From: Escherichia phage 500465-2 | DNA length: 33,041 nt | Sequence record: NC_049343.1 | Reading direction: 5' to 3' (one strand) | In this document: positions 19,298 to 31,801 of the stretch, piece by piece | Layout of the letters: every line of letters starts with the position of its first letter | Numbering within the stretch: the stretch's first letter is position 1 | Translations under genes and position numbers: made by a program | The notes under the pieces: generated by a model | What the model was told of the DNA's origin: nothing | Databases searched by the model: none | The model's input: the letters and a program-made list of their open reading frames with translations, nothing else

Positions 19298-19810
19298 TCA
19301 GCCAAGCCCAAGCGCGGAACGGATGCGATCGGACACAATGTCCTTGCCGTCCTTCCGGTAAATGAAGTTCAGCAGGTCAATCTCCCACAACGGGCGATCG
19401 TTAACACTCAGCTTGTAGTAGGTGTTTTTAATGGCGTAAGTGTGTGATGTGGCTTCGCCCTGTTTGGCTTCCCCCATATCAATTTCCGTCACACGTCCGC
19501 GCATTTCGACTTCATACAGGTCGCTTTCTGCATCGGTGTAGTATTCACCCGCAAAACGCAGCAGCGTGCCGTCAATCGTGCCGCCATACTTAAGGAACAG
19601 CGCACGAACTGCGCCCCCCATGACAAAGCTCGCATCAAGCGCAGAGTCGTCCAGACCGAGATCAATACTTACCGCCCCCATCATGCCACCACCCCGGTAG
19701 CTGTCGGTTTTGCGCGTCAGTTTGGGCAGAGTGACGGACGTCACCTTACCCACTTCGTTTTCACCATCCACAAACAGCGTAAAAAAGCGAAGATGTTTTG
19801 GCACAGCCAT
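19298..19810 (-). CDS. Tail tube protein (P2 gpFII-like)
   Basis: 170-aa ORF directly downstream of the sheath gene on the same strand. Confidence 0.9.
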   Translation of the reverse strand: MAVPKHLRFFTLFVDGENEVGKVTSVTLPKLTRKTDSYRGGGMMGAVSIDLGLDDSALDASFVMGGAVRALFLKYGGTIDGTLLRFAGEYYTDAESDLYEVEMRGRVTEIDMGEAKQGEATSHTYAIKNTYYKLSVNDRPLWEIDLLNFIYRKDGKDIVSDRIRSALGLG

Positions 19811-20994
19811 CAGGCACCTCCCAGAACCGCAAATGCGGGTTCAAAGTATTCATCAGTAAACGTCTGGTAAAGCTCCATGTCTTCCAGTGGCGGAACGGGC
19901 GTATATTTGTAGCGAATACGCACACGCCCCTGACGTAAATCCGTGGTGCTGTTATCCACCACGTCATACCAGCACTCCGCGCCAATCAGTTTCCCGGCAG
20001 TAACCAGTGAATCCAGTTTTGCCCTGATGGCACTGATAACATCCTTCACGTTCGCAGGCGTCAGTGGACTGTCGATGGTTTCAAACTGCGCTTCCGCAAT
20101 TGAATCAGCCAGCACCTGTGCGGTTCGGGTATACACCTCAAAGATGTAGGCGTTCGTTTCCGGTGTGCGGTTGCCCCAGAAGCGGAACCCGTTGCGACGA
20201 ATAATGGTCGTGATTTCTTTGTTGTTGAGGCTGTTGGCATCACTGTCTTCGGCCTGTAACGACCAGAACACATGCCTCGACATCCCCAGCACATTTTTAA
20301 CCGGAACGTTGGACAGTGATTTGTGCCATCCCTGCTCATGGTCAATGTACGCACGAAGGCCGCACGCATAGGCAGGCGCGGGGAACGTTTCGTTTTTGCC
20401 ACTTTTCGGGTTGTAGGCGATGAAGTCCGGCCATAAGAGCATCACCTCACGTTCGTTGAATTTCTGGCGGTAGGTAATCGCCTCAGCCATCGTGTTACAG
20501 CCGTGACATGAGGCATACACAAACGCGCGCAGTTTACCTGCAATCACGCACAGGGATTTTGTTACAGCCTCCGTGTCCAGCTCCGGCGCGGCCAGAATAC
20601 GCGGACGGTATCCGATGCTTTCATCCTGCTCTGCAACAAGCAGCGCATACATCCCCGTATAGCTGCCGTCATCCTCAGAACCACCGATAACCAGTTGATC
20701 CTGCGTCTTTCCGTCTTCTTCTTTGTGTTCAGCCACGCGAACGACGATCACCTTTGTGCTCACCTGGTCTGCGATGGCCTTAAGCGCACGATAAAGCGTC
20801 CCCGTTGTCCCGCATTTTCCCAGCACGTCATTGACGCGGGTCAGCAGTGTGGGCTTGTTCAGCGGGAACAGCTTCGCGTCCGCATCATCCGCCGTTGCCA
20901 CGATACCGATAACGCTGGAATCAACATCGTTAATCGCTGTTACCAGGTCGGTATTTTCCGTAACACGGGCACCATGAAAACGAGTTTCACTCAT
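19810..20994 (-). CDS. Tail sheath protein (P2 gpFI-like)
   Basis: 394-aa ORF; blocks FPLNKP, QAIADQ, CQKLRAF-like, DQEQGWHK.LSNV, LIRR.GFRFWGNRT, NYTRTAQV, YTPVPPLE match P2 FI as recalled. Confidence 0.92.
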   Translation of the reverse strand: MSETRFHGARVTENTDLVTAINDVDSSVIGIVATADDADAKLFPLNKPTLLTRVNDVLGKCGTTGTLYRALKAIADQVSTKVIVVRVAEHKEEDGKTQDQLVIGGSEDDGSYTGMYALLVAEQDESIGYRPRILAAPELDTEAVTKSLCVIAGKLRAFVYASCHGCNTMAEAITYRQKFNEREVMLLWPDFIAYNPKSGKNETFPAPAYACGLRAYIDHEQGWHKSLSNVPVKNVLGMSRHVFWSLQAEDSDANSLNNKEITTIIRRNGFRFWGNRTPETNAYIFEVYTRTAQVLADSIAEAQFETIDSPLTPANVKDVISAIRAKLDSLVTAGKLIGAECWYDVVDNSTTDLRQGRVRIRYKYTPVPPLEDMELYQTFTDEYFEPAFAVLGGA

Positions 20995-21151
20995 AGCTTC
21001 AGCCCCTTGTATCCGTTAAATGATTCGGCAACAATCATCACCCACCACGCGCGTAATCTCACCCCTGCGCCATTCTCCCGCCACGGCGACAACAAAAAGC
21101 AGTAACCCCCTCCGCACGCACATGCGACCATGCCACACAGGGAGGGAGCAG

Positions 21152-22261
21152 ATGACCGACACCACCATGCAATTGCTCAGTCAGGGCACAGACCCCGTGA
21201 AAATGCCGGATTTTGATATTCTCGCCGAGGGTAAAACGCTGTCCGGCGTGGCAGAACGCCTGATGAGCCTGTCACTGACCGACAACCGGGGATTTGAGGC
21301 GGACCAGCTCACCATCACGCTGGATGATGCCGATGGCCAGTTGCAGCTACCGCCACGGGGCGCGCGTCTGACGGTTCTCATTGGCTGGAAAGGGGAACCG
21401 CTGACAGAAAAAGGCACTTACATTGTTGATGAAATCGCTCACGAAGGACCGCCGGACAGGCTGACTGTTTCAGCCAGAAGCGCAGATTTTCGGGATGAAT
21501 TTAATGTTAAACGTGAGGCGTCCTGGCATGATGTGACCGTTGAACGTGTGGTATCCGCCATCGCTCATCGGTACGGCCTGAAACCGCAAATCAGCGAAAT
21601 GCTGATGGATATCGAAATCGACCACGCCGACCAGACTGAAGAAAGCGACATGTCCTTCCTTACGCGCATGGCGGAAATGCTGGGCGCAATCACCACGGTA
21701 AAAAGCGGTAATCTGTTATTCATCATGCCCGGCGGTGGCGTAAACGCACAGGGCCAGCCGTTGCCATCGTTCGCCATCACACGCAGCAGCGGCGATCGCC
21801 ATCAGTTCCGCATTGCTGACCGCGAGGCGTATACGGGGGTACGCGCTTACTGGCTTGATCTTAATTACGGGAAAAAGAAAAAAGTCAGCGTGAAACGCCG
21901 CAAACCGCCAAAACCCAAAAAGGAGAAAAGCAGCAGCCGTGAAGGTGATTATATGGAAGGCGCGGAAGGCAATGTGTTTGTGTTACGCAAGACTTATCAG
22001 AACGAGCAGGCAGCAAGACGCGCAGCGGCGGCAAAGTGGCAGCAGCTACAACGCGGAGCCGCATCGTTTTCCATCACGCTGGTGCGTGGACGTGCAGAAC
22101 TCTACCCCGAAATGCATGGCACGGTAACAGGATTTAAAAGCGAGATTGATAATCAGGACTGGATTATTGCGAAAGCCGAGCACACCATTGATAACAGCGG
22201 CTTTACCACACAGCTTGAGCTTGAGGCAAAAATCCCGGAATGGATAGCAGAAACAGAGTGA
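21152..22261 (+). CDS. Tail protein D (late control gene D-like)
   Basis: ORF 21020..22261; likely start ATG 21152 behind GGGAGGGAG; C-terminal part resembles gpD. Stands alone on + strand, divergent from FI. Confidence 0.8.
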   Translation: MTDTTMQLLSQGTDPVKMPDFDILAEGKTLSGVAERLMSLSLTDNRGFEADQLTITLDDADGQLQLPPRGARLTVLIGWKGEPLTEKGTYIVDEIAHEGPPDRLTVSARSADFRDEFNVKREASWHDVTVERVVSAIAHRYGLKPQISEMLMDIEIDHADQTEESDMSFLTRMAEMLGAITTVKSGNLLFIMPGGGVNAQGQPLPSFAITRSSGDRHQFRIADREAYTGVRAYWLDLNYGKKKKVSVKRRKPPKPKKEKSSSREGDYMEGAEGNVFVLRKTYQNEQAARRAAAAKWQQLQRGAASFSITLVRGRAELYPEMHGTVTGFKSEIDNQDWIIAKAEHTIDNSGFTTQLELEAKIPEWIAETE

Positions 22262-22381
22262 GCAACTTAGACATATTAGCTCAAACTTAAACTGGCAAGT
22301 TTACAGTATAGAATTAAACATAAACGACGGTCCGCTCCGTGTCAGAAGCGGACTTTGTCATCCCTATGTAAGGTTGATTGC

Positions 22382-23404
22382 TTAATACGCATTTAATTTA
22401 AATTTGTATTTGCCTTCTATGTAATGGATAAATTCAATTATGCTTTTTTCTATCGCATCTAATATATGAATATATCCATCCCGATTTAAGGTCCTATCCA
22501 ACTCAAAGTGATGAACTATCCCATGTCTATATTGTATGATTTCAGAAATTCGATTCTCAAGAAAATCAACTGATTTTCCAATTCTTTTTTTCTTATAAAG
22601 AATCGCTCTCACATCTATATCCAGCCACTCTTTATATGCTTTGTTTAGGTGGGTTAAGTTTTGAAAAGTGTAATTTCTTGCAATAACACTTTCTATTGAA
22701 ATATTTCCTTTCTCTATCTCAAGCAGAATATCAAAATCAACTTTTTGCTTATACGATGTTCTTTTTGCTATTGCGAAAGGATCGTACTTTATAAGTATTT
22801 GAAAAGCTCTAGAGAAAAAGTATTCAAACATAGCAACCGCAAAAGGTACTAATCCATTATATATAACTCTACTGGGATCCATACATTGCATGTAATCAAA
22901 GTATTCGGATAAGCCGCCATCTTCCGGTAGGTTTAATTTAATAGAAGGTTCAGGTAAGGCATGTTTAACAGCGGAAATCTCATGATGGACATGATTAAAT
23001 ATTGAAGAAATGCCACGACTGATCGGACTACTAGAATCCTTCCATAGAGGAGCGTACCTATTTTTCCCATAATCACCTATAAGTGTTCCACCAAAAAGAC
23101 TCCTTGCGCCTTTTAGAACATCATTAAGCATTTTTACATCATGCCAACTAGCGCTATATAAATTACGCACATGCAATGCCCATTTATTACCAGATATGTG
23201 TAATTCGTCATTTGAAACAGGATATATATCAGCCGAAACTCCATCTGTAGATTTGAAGTCCGTATCATCAAACCAAGAGTAATTCAACGTTCCTTGGGGC
23301 CATTCCCACAAATGTTTACACCTTTTAAAACCTAAATTTTCAAGGTAATTTTTAAGTTCGTTTCTAGTTGCTTTTTTAGGGTACAGCGTTATATCTCTTC
23401 CCAT
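22382..23404 (-). CDS. Hypothetical protein, AT-rich cargo gene between D and ogr; C-terminal HEPN-like Rx4H motif (candidate abortive-infection/defence protein)
   Basis: 340-aa ORF in a visibly AT-rich block; no resemblance to P2 structural or regulatory proteins that I recognise; motif IIQYRHGIVHHFELDRT near C-terminus. Confidence 0.7.
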   Translation of the reverse strand: MGRDITLYPKKATRNELKNYLENLGFKRCKHLWEWPQGTLNYSWFDDTDFKSTDGVSADIYPVSNDELHISGNKWALHVRNLYSASWHDVKMLNDVLKGARSLFGGTLIGDYGKNRYAPLWKDSSSPISRGISSIFNHVHHEISAVKHALPEPSIKLNLPEDGGLSEYFDYMQCMDPSRVIYNGLVPFAVAMFEYFFSRAFQILIKYDPFAIAKRTSYKQKVDFDILLEIEKGNISIESVIARNYTFQNLTHLNKAYKEWLDIDVRAILYKKKRIGKSVDFLENRISEIIQYRHGIVHHFELDRTLNRDGYIHILDAIEKSIIEFIHYIEGKYKFKLNAY

Positions 23405-23595
23405 GCTTTATTCACCTGATATACAATATTTTAAATTTTAACTATTATGAACGTATGAATTTTCACATTGGATGTATGGAAGTTCAACAACTATTGAAAG
23501 TTCAATTTTCACTCTTCGCACAGAGCGAGCTGTTAGTTGGAATTAGGGATCGTACAATCTAGAATAGCGGCAACACCACGTTAAGGGAGGTCGCT

Positions 23596-23856
23596 ATGTT
23601 CCGTTGTCCGCTTTGTGGCGCATCTGCCCGTATCCGCACAAGTCGTCCGGAAAATGATTCAAACACCGTGCGGCAAAAGTATTACCAGTGTAACAATCTG
23701 GAATGCGGCGTATGCTTCTCAACACTGGAAGCTTTCCATAAATTCACATCGAAACACGCCTCCGGCGTTCACTCTTCAGAAGGTATCCCGTGGCATGAGC
23801 TACCAGCTTCACACAGGGGAAACAATCAGATGAGTTTGCCTTTACCTCAGAATTAA
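23596..23856 (+). CDS. ogr: Ogr/Delta-family zinc-finger late transcription activator
   Basis: MFRCPLCGASARIRTSR...YYQCNNLECGVCFSTLEAF: CxxC...CxxxxC zinc-finger pattern as in P2 Ogr (MFHCPLCQHAAHARTSR...YHQCQNVNCSATF as recalled). Confidence 0.88.
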   Translation: MFRCPLCGASARIRTSRPENDSNTVRQKYYQCNNLECGVCFSTLEAFHKFTSKHASGVHSSEGIPWHELPASHRGNNQMSLPLPQN

Positions 23857-23900
23857 CAAGCAGAATTGCCGGAGTAACAAAAAAGCGATAGATTACGCGC

Positions 23901-24252
23901 GGGTGCCTTTCGGCTGATGGTCGGAGGGAATACCCGAAGGCCAGATGTGGAAAGGCCCCGGAAAACACTTTTGTTTAACCGAGGCCCTAACCGTCTACCC
24001 TAAGCAAGTGAAAGGTTAGCGCCTCTCCGGAAAAGGAGCAAGTGCTATGTCGCAAAAATCGCTTACAGCCATCACGTTCTGCGTGACGGTAATCCTCATC
24101 ATCTGGATGTTGCACGGTTCGCTGTGCGAAATACGGATGAGTTTCTGGGGAGCGGAGTTTGCGGCGTTCTTACAGTGTAAGCAGTAAGGAAACCGCGACG
24201 GGGGAGTAATCCCCCGTCAATCGGTTGCCAGGGTAAGGTCGATAAGGCACCC
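23901..24252 (+). promoter_or_regulatory. hok mRNA-like regulatory envelope: 5' element gggtgcctt (23901-23909) exactly complementary to 3' element aaggcaccc (24244-24252); 3' hairpin 24195-24218
   Basis: Long-range 9-nt perfect complement flanking the toxin ORF, as in the tac/fbi fold-back pairing of hok mRNAs. The antisense sok-like RNA and its promoter were not located. Confidence 0.5.
24047..24187 (+). CDS. hok: Hok/Gef-family type I toxin (46 aa, below the ORF-track cutoff)
   Basis: MSQKSLTAITFCVTVILIIWMLHGSLCEIRMSFWGAEFAAFLQCKQ: N-terminal TM helix, conserved SLCEIR and E.AAF motifs as in HokA-E; RBS AAAGGAG upstream. Confidence 0.8.
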   Translation: MSQKSLTAITFCVTVILIIWMLHGSLCEIRMSFWGAEFAAFLQCKQ

Positions 24253-24385
24253 TATCTCACGGCTCTAAATGCAAAAATTCCATGAAACTGTGGGATTTTT
24301 GCATCACTACTGATACAGATCTGCCCTTCTATATGTCTCACTCTATACCAGCTAATCAATTGACACTTATCAATAAAAAAAAATC

Positions 24386-24394
24386 TGATAAAAT
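24386..24394 (+). promoter_or_regulatory. Extended -10 promoter element (TGaTAAAAT) upstream of the zinc-ribbon gene; TTGACA hexamer at 24360-24365 is too far for canonical spacing
   Basis: Seen in sequence; about 55 bp upstream of ATG 24449. Confidence 0.35.
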
Positions 24395-24448
24395 CAAAAT
24401 GTTTTGTAACAAATATCAACTCGTATTGATCCAAAGGAGGCGGATTAC

Positions 24449-24781
24449 ATGGCATTAATCAAATGTCCTGAATGCCAGAAAGAGGTGAGCGATTCAGCAT
24501 TGTATTGCCCTGCTTGCGGTAAACAAATAAAAAAACTTAAGCGTTCATTTTTTGGAAAGCTCATTAAGTGGATATTTATATTATTTAATATTTTTATGAT
24601 CTATACGCTTTTAGTTGGACTGGGAGGCACTAGTGAAATAATAAATAATGCTACATCCGATGCCGAAAAAGCCGGTGCAGTTATTGGTACAGGCTTAGGT
24701 TTAATTACCATTGGAAGTTTATGGGTTATTGGCGATATCATTATCGGAATTTTAGTATTTCTTACTAAACCAAAAGGATAA
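24449..24781 (+). CDS. Zinc-ribbon membrane protein (N-terminal CPEC...CPAC ribbon, two predicted TM helices)
   Basis: 110-aa ORF with strong RBS (AAAGGAGG); MALIKCPECQKEVSDSALYCPACGKQ followed by hydrophobic helices; AT-rich. Confidence 0.7.
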   Translation: MALIKCPECQKEVSDSALYCPACGKQIKKLKRSFFGKLIKWIFILFNIFMIYTLLVGLGGTSEIINNATSDAEKAGAVIGTGLGLITIGSLWVIGDIIIGILVFLTKPKG

Positions 24782-24785
24782 CAAA

Positions 24786-25679
24786 ATGAAAAATATAATT
24801 TTTTCTATAGGTGCATCATTTATATCAATTAGTGTACTGCCTGTTCACGCAGCAACTGAACATAATAACTTCAATGCAGTACTCCAGTGCCGAGCAATAG
24901 AAAATAATAAAGACAGACTTTCTTGTTACGATAAGTCAATACAACCGACTCGAACGAAAGTTGCTGAAAAATTCGAAAGCAGAGATCAATGCCCTGATGA
25001 GAAAGATGATGACAGACGTTTATCTTGTTATGATCGTTTTTTTTCTCCAACATTTACTCCATCTGTAAACTCAAAATCTAAAACGGAAAAGCCAGTAACA
25101 ACAGAGGCTCAGCAACCAAATCTTTCTGAGATATCTAAATGCCGAGCAGAAAATGATAAAGAAGCCAGACTAAACTGCTACGATAAACTATTCCCACAGG
25201 ATAAAGCTGTTCAAGCTGAATCAAAATTAGAGAAAGCCACAGATGTAGGAAAATGGCACACATCCATTACTACATCGCCAATTGATGATTCGAAAAATGT
25301 AATTTTATCGTTAGAAAGTGATGATTATATCAGAACTCCATTTGGAGAAGCGGTTACTCCCACTCTGTTTATAGCTTGCCGAGAAAAGAAAACCGAAGTA
25401 TTTCTTAGTTGGGATGTATATTTAGGCCTTGAACAAACCAGCATGCTTTATCGTCTTGATAAACAGAAAGCAGTTGAGCGAAACTGGCTAGTATCTACAG
25501 ATACAAAGGCTGTTTTTTATAAAGGTAATGACATTGATTTCATCCGAAAACTAGCCAACTCAAACAAAATGTATACAAAAATAACTCCTTATAATGAGAG
25601 CCCTGTAAGTGCAACTTTCAATTTAAACGGCCTGTCAAACGCGCTAAAACCACTTCAAGCTGCTTGTAACTGGAAATAG
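24786..25679 (+). CDS. Secreted protein of unknown function with three Cys-containing repeats (C...RLSCYD) and a C-terminal domain with a Cys pair
   Basis: 297-aa ORF 4 bp after the zinc-ribbon gene; signal peptide MKNIIFSIGASFISISVLPVHAA; repeats QCRAIENNKDRLSCYDK / QCPDEKDDDRRLSCYDRF / KCRAENDKEARLNCYDKL. Confidence 0.7.
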   Translation: MKNIIFSIGASFISISVLPVHAATEHNNFNAVLQCRAIENNKDRLSCYDKSIQPTRTKVAEKFESRDQCPDEKDDDRRLSCYDRFFSPTFTPSVNSKSKTEKPVTTEAQQPNLSEISKCRAENDKEARLNCYDKLFPQDKAVQAESKLEKATDVGKWHTSITTSPIDDSKNVILSLESDDYIRTPFGEAVTPTLFIACREKKTEVFLSWDVYLGLEQTSMLYRLDKQKAVERNWLVSTDTKAVFYKGNDIDFIRKLANSNKMYTKITPYNESPVSATFNLNGLSNALKPLQAACNWK

Positions 25680-25708
25680 CATAAATCATGTGGCTTAGCC
25701 ACAATCCA

Positions 25709-25746
25709 GATAACACAAAGCCCGTGAAAACGGGCTTTGTGTTATC
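25709..25746 (+). terminator. Perfect 16-bp stem hairpin (gataacacaaagcccg-tgaaaa-cgggctttgtgttatc) after the cassette; no T-run
   Basis: Seen in sequence; a second small palindrome tgtggc-tta-gccaca lies at 25689-25703. Confidence 0.4.
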
Positions 25747-25945
25747 TGTAACTCGAAAATGTGGTCACTACGTGGACACGTGCTGATATAAATCCTTTTA
25801 TATCAATAAATTAAATCATCATTTTTTTCATCAACAAGGATTTTCACGTTTGTGTTACCTGTATGAGACGAGAGTTAACCGGACAAGTGTGCCATAATCT
25901 CGCGGCCAGGCATACTTGCGAAGATTTCAGGTATAAGGATACGTA

Positions 25946-28119
<2,174 letters not shown>

Positions 28120-28278
28120 TTACTCCAGAATGCAGCGCAAGGCGAGGAGTATCCCCGTCTCATCTCTCTGGTTTCAGGGTTACAGTGCGTTGGCAGGATT
28201 TAACGCGTACGTCTTTTCAGAAGGAAATCGACAAAGCGGGAAGTTTGCCTGGAACTGGCGGCGATTGTCAATGATGTG

Positions 28279-28307
28279 AAAAAGGGAACCATCAGGTTCC
28301 CTTTTGC
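28279..28307 (-). terminator. Terminator-like hairpin downstream of fabB (aaagggaacc-atcag-ggttcccttt with flanking T/A runs)
   Basis: Seen in sequence, about 95 bp beyond the fabB stop on the minus strand. Confidence 0.45.
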
Positions 28308-28324
28308 GTTAGTGCCGGAGGCCG

Positions 28325-28395
28325 CATTGGCGCGTAACGTCGGATGCGACGCTGGCGCGTCTTATCCGACCTACTCCGACTACTCCGACCTACTG
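28325..28395. repeat. REP-like palindromic element followed by a short tandem repeat (ccgacctact / ccgactact / ccgacctact)
   Basis: cgtcggatgcgacgctggcgcgtcttatccgacctac resembles REP consensus; located between yfcJ and fabB. Confidence 0.5.
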
Positions 28396-28399
28396 CGAA

Positions 28400-29620
28400 T
28401 TAATCTTTCAGCTTGCGCATTACCAGCGTGGCGTTGGTGCCGCCGAAGCCGAAGCTGTTAGACATAACGGTAGTCAGTTCGCGATCGGTCGTTTCGGTCA
28501 CGATGTTCAGACCCGCAGCCTGCTCGTCCAGCTCTTCAATGTTGATGCTCGGGGCGATAAAGCCGTGTTCCAGCATCAGCAGAGAGTAGATAGCTTCCTG
28601 TACGCCAGCAGCGCCCAGAGAGTGACCGGTCATGGCTTTGGTTGCAGAAATCGCCGGGCTCTTATCGCCGAACACTTCACGGATAGCTGCCAGTTCTTTC
28701 ACGTCGCCAACCGGAGTCGAAGTACCATGAGAGTTCAGGTAATCGATTGGGGTATCAACGCCGTGCATCGCCATCTTCATGCAGCGTACTGCGCCTTCGC
28801 CAGACGGAGCAACCATGTCTGCACCATCAGAGGTTGCGCCGTAGCCAACGATTTCAGCATAGATGTGAGCACCACGCGCCAGCGCGTGTTCCAGCTCTTC
28901 AACCACTACCATACCGCCGCCGCCAGCGATAACGAAACCGTCACGGTGAGCGTCGTAAGTACGGGAGGCTTTTTCCGGGGTGTCGTTGTATTTAGTAGAC
29001 AGCGCACCCATCGCGTCGAATTCGCAGGCCATTTCCCAGCACAGCTCTTCGCCGCCGCCAGCAAACACGATGTCCTGTTTGCCCAGTTGGATCTGCTCTA
29101 CTGCGTTACCGATACAGTGTGCGGAAGTCGCACACGCGGAGCTGATGGAGTAGTTAACGCCATGAATTTTAAACGGCGTGGCGAGGCAGGCAGAAACGCC
29201 GGATGCCATCGCTTTGGTGACCACATACGGGCCAACCGCTTTCAGGCCGCGCGGGCCGCGCATTGCGTCAGCGCCGAACACCTGGAAACGCGGGGAACCG
29301 CCGCCAGAACCTGCAATCAGGCCAACGCGCGGGTTATTCTGGTAAGCTTCCGGAGAAAGGCCCGCATCTGCGATTGCCTGCTCCATAGAAAGGAATGCAT
29401 AAATGGATGCGTCGCTCATAAAGCGCACAACTTTGCGGTCAATGAGGCCAGTGGTATCCAGTTTTACGTTGCCCCAGACGTGGCTACGCATGCCGGAATC
29501 CTTCAGCTCCTGAGAGAAAGTGATCCCTGAACGTCCTTCACGCAGAGATGCCAGGACTTCCTGCTGGTTATTACCGATGCTGGAAACAATGCCCAGGCCA
29601 GTAATCACTGCACGTTTCAT
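28400..29620 (-). CDS. fabB: 3-oxoacyl-[acyl-carrier-protein] synthase I (KAS I)
   Basis: 406-aa [40 protein letters not shown]...; active-site Cys in [12 protein letters not shown], His/His in HGTSTPVGD and GHSLGAAG. Confidence 0.95.
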
Positions 29621-29712
29621 TCAATACCTCTGTAAGTCGCACATAGAGTAAGTTTCGAATGCACAATAGCGTACACTTGTACGCCGAACAAGTCCGATCA
29701 GCCATTTAATAG

Positions 29713-31785
<2,073 letters not shown>

Positions 31786-31801
31786 TCTGCTCTCGCAGTG
31801 T

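Noticed and set aside
20995-21151. Gin-type crossover site or clear inverted repeat at the FI-D border that would explain the block inversion
   Set aside because: Inspected by eye at both borders (15384-15420 and 20995-21151); only a weak 7-mer similarity was found, not enough to call a site.
23917-24000. mok-like leader ORF upstream of hok
   Set aside because: Candidate ATGs at 23917 and 23945 give only 24-28 codon frames that stop before hok rather than overlapping it as in plasmid hok/sok; could not be assigned confidently.
28565-29530. 321-aa + strand ORF overlapping fabB
   Set aside because: Antisense to the unmistakable FabB ORF.
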